Origin: Bacteroidia bacterium
Lineage (GTDB): Bacteria; Bacteroidota; Bacteroidia; Flavobacteriales_D; Parvicellaceae
Assembly: GCA_046569885.1 (NCBI GenBank)
Contig: JBKHVV010000001.1
Location: 1-56,847, forward strand
Direction of reading: 5' to 3'
Length of the DNA: 56,847 bases
Shown here: piece by piece, positions 36,739 through 43,893 of the stretch
How positions within the stretch are numbered: position 1 is the first letter of the stretch
How the letters are laid out: every line of letters starts with the position of its first letter
Position numbers and translations under genes: made by a program
Notes under the pieces: generated by a model
What the model was told of the DNA's origin: nothing
The model's input: the letters and a program-made list of their open reading frames with translations, nothing else
Database searches by the model: none

Positions 36739-36752
36739 ATGATAATCATCAT
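36739..36752. promoter_or_regulatory. FNR/CRP-type box ATGAT-AATC-ATCAT
   Basis: Perfect TGAT-N4-ATCA core in the narK1 upstream region. Confidence 0.45.
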
Positions 36753-36856
36753 TGTTCGGTGTTTTATACCTATGGTGGGTGCTACCAGTGTAAAAACTAA
36801 AAAAATGTCTGTTGTTTTATGTTCCATTAGCGATTTTTAATCCCACCTACTTTATT

Positions 36857-36870
36857 ATGACTACAATCAT
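36857..36870. promoter_or_regulatory. FNR/CRP-type box ATGAC-TACA-ATCAT
   Basis: One mismatch to the core. Confidence 0.35.
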
Positions 36871-36886
36871 GAAAAAAAAAAATATT

Positions 36887-36900
36887 CTGATTTAAGTCAT
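36887..36900. promoter_or_regulatory. FNR/CRP-type box CTGAT-TTAA-GTCAT
   Basis: One mismatch to the core. Its centre lies 29.5 nt upstream of the -7-like GAATTTTG (36923-36930). Confidence 0.4.
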
Positions 36901-36956
36901 TTTAATAGTAATAAACTACACAGAATTTTGCTGCGTGAATTAAATCTAAAATTTAT

Positions 36957-38687
36957 ATGGCAAGTTTTAAAACATTCTTAAAAGCAGGTCACCCTCCAAC
37001 TTTATTTTCAGCGTTTTTATATTTCGATTTTTGTTTCGCTATTTGGGTATTAAACGGAGCAATGGCTCCTTTTATAAGTGAAGAATTTAATCTTAGTCCC
37101 ACACAAAAAGGATTTATGATTTCTGTTCCCATTTTAGCAGGAGCAATTATGCGTTTTCCGCTTGGAGTTCTTGCTCAATATATAGGGCGCAAATGGGCAG
37201 CAATGGTAGAGATGGGGCTTATTTTTATTGCCTTAATGTATGGTTACTTTATGGTTGATACCTATTCAGAAGTAATAAATATGGGTATTCTATTAGGTAT
37301 AGCTGGTGCGAGTTTTGGGGTGGCATTATCTTTAGGTTCGGGATGGTTTCCTCCTAAATACAAAGGGTTGGCAATGGGTATAGCTGGTGCCGGAAACAGC
37401 GGAACTGTGTTAGCAATGCTTTTTGCCCCGCCATTAGCAATGAAATTTGGATGGCAGGCGGTATATGGTTTTGGAGCTTTGTTTATGCTTTTACCAATGG
37501 TTGTAATGTTAATCTTCGCTAAAGAGCCACCAGATACGCACAAACAATCGCTTAAAGAACATTTAGCATGTTTATTCGAAAAAGATGGATGGACTTTTAA
37601 TCTTATTTACATTATAACTTTTGGTGGGTTTATCGGTTTATCTAGTTTTTTACCAACATATTATTACGATCAATTTGGAGTATCAAAAGTTGAAGCAGGA
37701 CAATTAACCATGCTTGCAGCCCTCGTGGGAAGCGCGGTCAGAGTTGTTGGTGGATGGGCTTCTGACCGTTGGGGTGGAATAAATACACTTACAGGTATTT
37801 TTGGTTTCGTTATTCTACTCTTAGTAATCGCTGCTTTTCAGCCAGGACTTGTTGCAACTACTATCTTGTTTATGCTATGCTTCGCAGCTCTTGGGGCTGG
37901 TAATGGCGCCTTGTTTCAATTAGTACCTCTCCGTTGGCCACTATCAACTGCTGTTGCAGGCAGTATGATTGGTGAAATTGGAGCCCTTGGCGGTAGCTTC
38001 CTTCCCAATGTTATGGGCTTATCTAAACAGCATGCTGGATCATTCTCTTGGGGATTTATTGCTTTTGCCATTCTTGCTCTAATTGCCTTTATCGTACTAA
38101 GAGTGGCACAGAAAAAATGGACTAAAACATGGGTTGATAAAGGAGGAAAAGCAAGAATTAAAAAACAAGAAATAGAATTTGAAATACAAACACATATCCC
38201 AAGCGAAGTTATTGCTGAGTATAAAACAAGCAGTAACGGAGAAGGATTTGCATATCGCAATATAATTTATCCTGTTGGAAATTCAGAATTAGCCGAAAAA
38301 GCTAGAATACAAGCGGCATACATAGCCAAAAATACCGGTTCAAAATTGGTGTTGCTATATGTAAACGAAAAATTTCACAGCACAGGAGTTTTAGCATCAG
38401 ATTCTCCCGAATGGAATGCAATTAAAGAAGGTTGGATAAATGAAGGGAAAGAGTTGTTAATTAATGAAGCCAGACAATTAAAAGAGCTTGGCATAAATAA
38501 TATAGAAGTAATTTTTGGGCAAGGAGAAGTAGCTGCAGAAATAATAACAATTGCCAAAGAAAAATCTGCAGAATTAATTATTCTAGCAAGCCATAAAGCA
38601 TCTCCTCTAGGAAAATTATTGATGGGAAGCAGAACATTTGATGTGTTTAAAGAAGCCCCTTGCCCTATACTCAGAATTGTACGATAA
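36957..38687 (+). CDS. narK: NNP-family nitrate/nitrite transporter (NarK1-type) fused to a C-terminal universal stress protein domain
   Basis: 576 aa MFS protein with N-terminal KAGHPPTLFSAFLYFDF and NNP signatures GIAGAGNSGT and LGAGNGALFQ. The last ~150 aa form a Usp fold (LVLLYVNE...ELIILASHKASPLGKLLMGSRT). Confidence 0.8.
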   Translation: MASFKTFLKAGHPPTLFSAFLYFDFCFAIWVLNGAMAPFISEEFNLSPTQKGFMISVPILAGAIMRFPLGVLAQYIGRKWAAMVEMGLIFIALMYGYFMVDTYSEVINMGILLGIAGASFGVALSLGSGWFPPKYKGLAMGIAGAGNSGTVLAMLFAPPLAMKFGWQAVYGFGALFMLLPMVVMLIFAKEPPDTHKQSLKEHLACLFEKDGWTFNLIYIITFGGFIGLSSFLPTYYYDQFGVSKVEAGQLTMLAALVGSAVRVVGGWASDRWGGINTLTGIFGFVILLLVIAAFQPGLVATTILFMLCFAALGAGNGALFQLVPLRWPLSTAVAGSMIGEIGALGGSFLPNVMGLSKQHAGSFSWGFIAFAILALIAFIVLRVAQKKWTKTWVDKGGKARIKKQEIEFEIQTHIPSEVIAEYKTSSNGEGFAYRNIIYPVGNSELAEKARIQAAYIAKNTGSKLVLLYVNEKFHSTGVLASDSPEWNAIKEGWINEGKELLINEARQLKELGINNIEVIFGQGEVAAEIITIAKEKSAELIILASHKASPLGKLLMGSRTFDVFKEAPCPILRIVR

Positions 38688-38721
38688 CATTCAACTATAA
38701 ACCCAAAAAACAAAAAATACT

Positions 38722-40065
38722 ATGTCAACATGGTTAAAAAAATGGGAACCCGAAAACAAAGAGTTTTGGGAATCCCAAGGCAGTAAGATAGCATGGAAAG
38801 TGCTCACTGTAACAACAATCTCACTTATTTTATCATTTGCCACTTGGTTTATGATGAGTGCAATCGTTACAAAATTACCTGGTATTGGCTTTAAATTTGA
38901 CAAAGACCAATTATTTTGGTTAGCCGCAATGCCTGGTTTAGCCGCTGGTTTGCTTAGAATTGTACACACCTTTTTGTTACCAATTTACGGTTCTCGCCAT
39001 GTTATCAGCATTTCAACCATTATTAAGTTGATTCCTGCAATAGGATTGGGTTTGGCTGTAATGAATACCACCACCCCATTTTGGGTATTTATGGTCATTG
39101 CTTTTACAGCAGGGTTTGGCGGTGGAGACTTCTCATCGTATATGCCAAGCACAAGTTTGTTTTTTCCTAAACGTTTACAAGGAACAGCTTTGGGAATTCA
39201 AGCAGGTATAGGAAACTTTGGTGTGTCGGTAGCTCAGTTTATGACTCCCGCTATGCTTGGAGTTGCTACTTATGGTGCAGCAGAAGTTTTTACTAAAACC
39301 GATTCAAAAACTAAAGAAATTTTAGGAACAGAAGAAATCTATTTACAAAGCGCTGCGTTTTGGTATGTTCCATTACTAATTATTCTTGCAATAGCATCGT
39401 GGTATATGATTAAAAGTATTCCTGTTAAAGCATCTTTCAAAGAACAATTAGATATTTTTAGCGACAAGCACACTTGGTTTTGTACCATTACTTATGTCAT
39501 GACATTTGGTGGTTTTTCGGGCTTAGCAGCCATCTTCCCTTTGATGATTAAAACAGTTTACGGAGATTTTCCAGATGCGCCAGACGCATTAAAATATGCC
39601 TTTTTAGGACCTTTAATTGGAGCATCAAGCCGCGTGTTGTTTGGTTTTATTGCCGACAAAGTTGGTGGGGCAATATTAACTACTCTTACAGGTATTGGTT
39701 TAATTATTGGATGTATTGCAATGGTTCAATTAGGAGTATTAACTCCAACATCGGTAGATCAATTTCCAACATTTTTATACTTAATGTTATTCTTGTTCTT
39801 TATTACAGGAATGGGTAATGCGGCAACTTTCCGTCAGTATCCAATTATTTTCGGACACAATCCTCGTCAAGCAGCTGGTGTAATTGGTTTTACTGCTGCA
39901 ATTGCAGCATTTGGTCCATTTATTTTTGCAACATCTGTAAGTGCATTTATGACAAATACAGGCAATGCCAATGGATTTTTTTACACCATTGCAGCCTTCT
40001 TTGTTGTGGCAACAATAATAAATTGGTGGTATTATAACCGTAAAGGTTGTGAAAGACCAAGTTAA
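38722..40065 (+). CDS. narK: NNP-family nitrate/nitrite antiporter (NarK2-type)
   Basis: 447 aa. The N-terminus WEPENKEFWESQGSKIAWK resembles E. coli NarK. Signatures GIQAGIGNFG and GMGNAATFRQ. Confidence 0.85.
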   Translation: MSTWLKKWEPENKEFWESQGSKIAWKVLTVTTISLILSFATWFMMSAIVTKLPGIGFKFDKDQLFWLAAMPGLAAGLLRIVHTFLLPIYGSRHVISISTIIKLIPAIGLGLAVMNTTTPFWVFMVIAFTAGFGGGDFSSYMPSTSLFFPKRLQGTALGIQAGIGNFGVSVAQFMTPAMLGVATYGAAEVFTKTDSKTKEILGTEEIYLQSAAFWYVPLLIILAIASWYMIKSIPVKASFKEQLDIFSDKHTWFCTITYVMTFGGFSGLAAIFPLMIKTVYGDFPDAPDALKYAFLGPLIGASSRVLFGFIADKVGGAILTTLTGIGLIIGCIAMVQLGVLTPTSVDQFPTFLYLMLFLFFITGMGNAATFRQYPIIFGHNPRQAAGVIGFTAAIAAFGPFIFATSVSAFMTNTGNANGFFYTIAAFFVVATIINWWYYNRKGCERPS

Positions 40066-40073
40066 ATATTTTG

Positions 40074-40103
40074 AAAAAGGAGGGCATTAAACCCTCCTTT
40101 TTT
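40074..40103 (+). terminator. rho-independent terminator after narK2
   Basis: GGAGGG (40079-40084) / CCCTCC (40092-40097), flanked by an A run and a T run. Confidence 0.6.
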
Positions 40104-40117
40104 CTAAACGAACGACT

Positions 40118-40131
40118 ATGATTTATATCAT
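40118..40131. promoter_or_regulatory. FNR/CRP-type box ATGAT-TTAT-ATCAT
   Basis: Perfect palindromic half-sites 64 nt upstream of the porin ATG 40195. Confidence 0.45.
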
Positions 40132-40194
40132 TATTAATACCTAAAAATGAATAACAAAAAAAACAATTATCGCAAATCATTAAAACCAAATATT

Positions 40195-41496
40195 ATGAGA
40201 CTTTCAAAAAAAATTATCGCAGGTGCTCTTTTACTGATGGGGCTTCCAACAATGGCACAGGTAACGCTAACGCCACAGTACATGAACAGAGGAGAGTACA
40301 GACATGGCTTCCAAAAGTTGGCAGACACCAATCAAAACCCGGCTGTTTTTATTTCTCAGCGAGCACGATTAACGGGTGAGTACAAAAAAGAGAAATACAA
40401 AATTGTTATCGGTGCGCAAGATATCCGCACGTGGGGTAGCGTTGCTAATGCCGCATTAGACACTAAAGGACTGCTATCTATTTCCGAAGCGTATGGTGAA
40501 GTGATGCCCAATAAAAACATTTCTGTCAAATTCGGACGACAAATTTTATCTTATGATGATGATAGAATTATCGGCTCTTTGGATTGGGCAATGCAAGCAC
40601 GAAGACACGATGCCGCTATTTTTAGATACAACGACAGTACACTTACCGTTCATCTGGGAGGAGCATTTAATCAAAATCAAGAACAGTATAACACTACCAC
40701 CTACTCTGTGGCTAACAACTACAAAACATTTCAATTTTTATGGGCGAATAAAGTAATAGGAGCTGCTAATGTAAGTTTTCTGTTTCTTAACAACGGCAAT
40801 CAGTACAACAGAGTAAACACCAACGGCACTACAGATTCTTTAACCGTGTTTTCTCAAACCGCAGGGCTAAGAGGTGTTTACAAAAAAGAAAAATACAGCA
40901 TTTCAGGTTATGGATATTATCAAATGGGTAAAGATGCCTCAAATAAAGATTTATCTGCTTACGATGTTTCTGCAGAAGTTACCTACAACATAAATAAAAA
41001 ATTCTCAACTACTCTTGGCGCTGAGTTACTTTCCGGCACCAGTCAAATTGATACTGCTAATAAGGTTAATCATTCATTCTCTCCGCTATACGGTACCAAC
41101 CACCGCTTTAATGGTTATATGGATTATTTTTATGTAGGCAACCATGCCAATTCTGTTGGGTTATTGGACGGCTTCTTTAAGGTAAATTATACGCACAAAA
41201 ATATACTGCTTGGCTTAAACCTTCATGCTTTTTACGCAGCAGCTGATATTAGAGACAAGAAAAACACCACTAACCTTGCGGCAATGTCTGCTTCTTTGGG
41301 TAATGAAATTGATTTCACCTTGAGCTACAAAATTTCTGATGATGTAGCCCTTCAGGCTGGGTATTCGCAAATACTTGCTACCGACTCTATGGTGGCACTA
41401 AAAGCTGGAAACAAAAATGAAACCAGCAACTGGGCGTACTTGATGGTTATCATCAGACCAGGTGTAAAATGGCCAAAAACAGGATTGAAAATGTAA
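40195..41496 (+). CDS. alginate-export-family outer-membrane porin
   Basis: Signal peptide MRLSKKIIAGALLLMGLPTMAQ. Family motif GRQILSYDDDRIIGSLDWAMQARRHDA. Beta-barrel periodicity. The track ORF starts at 40147, but ATG 40195 gives a proper signal peptide. Confidence 0.7.
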   Translation: MRLSKKIIAGALLLMGLPTMAQVTLTPQYMNRGEYRHGFQKLADTNQNPAVFISQRARLTGEYKKEKYKIVIGAQDIRTWGSVANAALDTKGLLSISEAYGEVMPNKNISVKFGRQILSYDDDRIIGSLDWAMQARRHDAAIFRYNDSTLTVHLGGAFNQNQEQYNTTTYSVANNYKTFQFLWANKVIGAANVSFLFLNNGNQYNRVNTNGTTDSLTVFSQTAGLRGVYKKEKYSISGYGYYQMGKDASNKDLSAYDVSAEVTYNINKKFSTTLGAELLSGTSQIDTANKVNHSFSPLYGTNHRFNGYMDYFYVGNHANSVGLLDGFFKVNYTHKNILLGLNLHAFYAAADIRDKKNTTNLAAMSASLGNEIDFTLSYKISDDVALQAGYSQILATDSMVALKAGNKNETSNWAYLMVIIRPGVKWPKTGLKM

Positions 41497-41516
41497 TTAA
41501 ATCTCACATGTTAATG

Positions 41517-41561
41517 CGCCCATACTATGATTTAGGTCATAGTATGGGCGTTTATTTTTTT
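41517..41561 (+). terminator. rho-independent terminator after the porin gene, with an embedded FNR/CRP-type box
   Basis: 14-bp perfect stem CGCCCATACTATGA (41517-41530) / TCATAGTATGGGCG (41537-41550), 6-nt loop, then TTTATTTTTTT. The box ATGAT-TTAG-GTCAT occupies 41527-41540. Confidence 0.8.
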
Positions 41562-41595
41562 GTACCATTGCAAGTGCACAAATAGGATATATACA

Positions 41596-42339
41596 ATGAA
41601 TACGTTTAAACTGACTTTACTCGGTATTTTGTTTCTAATAATGAGCGTTTTTTTCGCTTGTCGTAAGCAATCTTATCCTCCTAAAATTAGTAAAGCAAAA
41701 TTTAACATCGTCCTTGCTTCGGGTAAAGATTCACCCATAGAATGGAACGCTATAAAGTATAAAAATGCTGCTGAAAATAGCTACAGCGTTACCAAAATAG
41801 ATCTTTACATCTCTAACGTAATCCTTAAACAAAGTGATGGCTCGGTGTTTACTTCAAAAGAGGTGTTTTATGTAGATGCAGCTGACGTTAAAAAATCGTT
41901 CTTTATGTTAGATTCTATCCCTCCTGGAATCTATACTGAAATATCTTTTCTCCTGGGGCTTGACTCGAACACAAACATCTCTTACACCCTTCCTTCAACT
42001 ACCGAAAATTTAAACATGGCGTGGCCCGACATGATGGGTGGTGGATATCACTTTTTAAAATTTGAAGGGCACTTTATGGATAGCACCTCAACTCAGAAAG
42101 GATTTGCTATTCACTTAGGAAAAAATGAAAATCTCCCGAAAATTTCATTCACCTCAACACTTAATCAAAAATACTGGGATCATGATTATAGTTTAACGTT
42201 CGACTTAAATGAGGTGTTTGCAAATCCACACACCTATGATTTAGACAAGGACAATAACTACACCATGATGGACTCTGTAGCTATGAATAAAATAATGCTA
42301 AACATTAGCGATGCCTTTTCACTCAAGCAAAATAAATAA
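41596..42339 (+). CDS. mbnP: MbnP-like periplasmic lipoprotein (copper-binding partner of MbnH)
   Basis: Lipoprotein signal (MSVFFAC). The pattern KIDLYISNVILKQSDG...GGGYHFLKFEG matches my recollection of the MbnP family. It lies directly upstream of a dihaem peroxidase. I prefer ATG 41596 over the TTG at 41560. Confidence 0.55.
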   Translation: MNTFKLTLLGILFLIMSVFFACRKQSYPPKISKAKFNIVLASGKDSPIEWNAIKYKNAAENSYSVTKIDLYISNVILKQSDGSVFTSKEVFYVDAADVKKSFFMLDSIPPGIYTEISFLLGLDSNTNISYTLPSTTENLNMAWPDMMGGGYHFLKFEGHFMDSTSTQKGFAIHLGKNENLPKISFTSTLNQKYWDHDYSLTFDLNEVFANPHTYDLDKDNNYTMMDSVAMNKIMLNISDAFSLKQNK

Positions 42340-43327
42340 GTTTTTAGTCATCGGTTTGGTTGTTTTTTCTTCATGCAAAAAAGAAGATAAAAACACCTCT
42401 GAAACAATAAACGTAGAGTTAACGCCTTATGAAGTTACTTATCCTGATTATTTCCCTGTGATGACCATTCCAGAAGATAATCCGCTTACCGCAGAAGGAA
42501 TAAACCTTGGCAGAAAACTTTATTACGACCCTATTCTTTCAAGCACAGGGTACTCTTGTTCATCTTGTCATAACAATTCTGAGTCGTTTTCTAGTTATTC
42601 AGCCAATTCATTACCTCATGTAAACCTTGCGTGGAACACCTACTTTTTGTGGAAAGGAAAAATTTCAGGAGCGCTTGAAGACATTATGATGTTTGAAGTT
42701 GAAGAATTTTTTCAAACAGATATCAGCAAATTAAATCAATCAGAAGACTACCAAAAAGAGTTTAAGAAGGTTTACAACGTGGATGTTATTTCATCAAAAG
42801 AAGTAGCGTATGCCTTAGCACAATTTTTCAGAACATTAACGTCAAGCAACTCAAAGTTCGACCAATACTTAAAAAAAGAACTAGCACTCACACCTTCTGA
42901 GATGAATGGATTTCAATTATTTTTTACAGAAAAAGGAGATTGCTTTCATTGTCATTCGCTGGGACTTTTTACAGACAATTCCTTTCATAACATTGGGCTA
43001 GACAGCGTATTTAACGGCATGAACTGGGGAAGATACGATGTAAGCGGAAATAAGTCGGACATCGGATTATACAAAACACCTACCTTAAGAAACGTTGAGC
43101 TAACACCACCTTACATGCATGACGGACGTTTTGAAACACTGGAAGAAGTAGTAGAACACTATAACTCGGGTGTTTTACCAAGCGCAACTCTCGACCCGAT
43201 AATGACAAAAGCAGGAAAAGAAAACGGCTTGATGCTTTCACCCACAGAGAAAAAAGACTTGGTGGCTTTTCTTAAAACCTTAACCGACCAAACGTTTATT
43301 AACAATCCTCAGCTTTCGAAACCATAG
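42311..43327 (+). CDS. mbnH: dihaem cytochrome c peroxidase / MauG family (MbnH-like)
   Basis: 338 aa with a lipobox VVFSSC. Two CxxCH motifs (CSSCH, CFHCH), plus TPTLRNV and PYMHDG. Confidence 0.8.
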   Translation: MPFHSSKINKFLVIGLVVFSSCKKEDKNTSETINVELTPYEVTYPDYFPVMTIPEDNPLTAEGINLGRKLYYDPILSSTGYSCSSCHNNSESFSSYSANSLPHVNLAWNTYFLWKGKISGALEDIMMFEVEEFFQTDISKLNQSEDYQKEFKKVYNVDVISSKEVAYALAQFFRTLTSSNSKFDQYLKKELALTPSEMNGFQLFFTEKGDCFHCHSLGLFTDNSFHNIGLDSVFNGMNWGRYDVSGNKSDIGLYKTPTLRNVELTPPYMHDGRFETLEEVVEHYNSGVLPSATLDPIMTKAGKENGLMLSPTEKKDLVAFLKTLTDQTFINNPQLSKP

Positions 43328-43385
43328 AAATGAAGTTGTGATTACCGCTTAGCAACTGGCGAAACAGAGGTGTTGATTTATAAAT

Positions 43386-43414
43386 AAAAAATCCCGCGAT
43401 AAAGCGGGATTTTT
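43386..43414. terminator. bidirectional rho-independent terminator
   Basis: AAAAA-ATCCCGC (43391-43397) / GCGGGAT (43404-43410)-TTTT, between convergent mbnH and the YceI ORF. Confidence 0.8.
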
Positions 43415-43434
43415 ACTAAAATATATTTCTCAAT

Positions 43435-43893
43435 TTATTTCTTCAACTTCAAATCAACGGTAAGTTTTACATCGTTACCAACTCCACCGTAAGTAGGCAT
43501 TCCGTAAGCCGTTCTGTCAAAATTTATAGTGGCTTTGATAAAGTAGATGCCTTCTTCTTCGTTTTTTACAATCTCAAAAGGAACGATAAGTTCTTTTGTG
43601 GAAGCCATCAGCGAAAAATCACCAACAAAAGCATAGGTGTTGCCTTCTTGTTTTACTTCTTTAATGGTATAAGAAGCCGTTGGATATTTCTCTACATCAA
43701 AAAACTCATTGCTTCTTAAAACCTTATCTCTCGCGGCAGCACCTGTGTAGATAGACGCCACATCAATGGTAACTGTTCCTGTTGACGTAGAATCAAACGT
43801 AAAGTTTCCTTCAAACGTTTTAAACCTACCAATGGCATTGGCAGCACCTTCTGCAATTTCAAACTTGAGTGTAGATTCCTCCGAACTTGCGAT
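43435..43893 (-). CDS. YceI-like lipocalin domain ORF with no start codon or signal peptide, in frame behind the hppA stop
   Basis: The track ORF 43435-43761 (GTG start) holds only the C-terminal ~3/4 of a YceI domain (SIYTGAAARDKVLRSNEFFDVEKYP...). The 44 upstream codons (43762-43893) are open, lack ATG/GTG/TTG, and encode the missing N-terminal strands (STLKFEIAEGAANAIGRFKTFEGNFTFD). Confidence 0.65.
   Translation of the reverse strand: MASSEESTLKFEIAEGAANAIGRFKTFEGNFTFDSTSTGTVTIDVASIYTGAAARDKVLRSNEFFDVEKYPTASYTIKEVKQEGNTYAFVGDFSLMASTKELIVPFEIVKNEEEGIYFIKATINFDRTAYGMPTYGGVGNDVKLTVDLKLKK

Noticed and set aside
37262-38969. Minus-strand ORFs of 93, 114, 112 and 92 aa overlapping narK1-Usp and the start of narK2
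   Set aside because: They are antisense to well-supported transporter genes and have no motifs. The 38691-38969 ORF spans the narK1/narK2 junction with no independent evidence.
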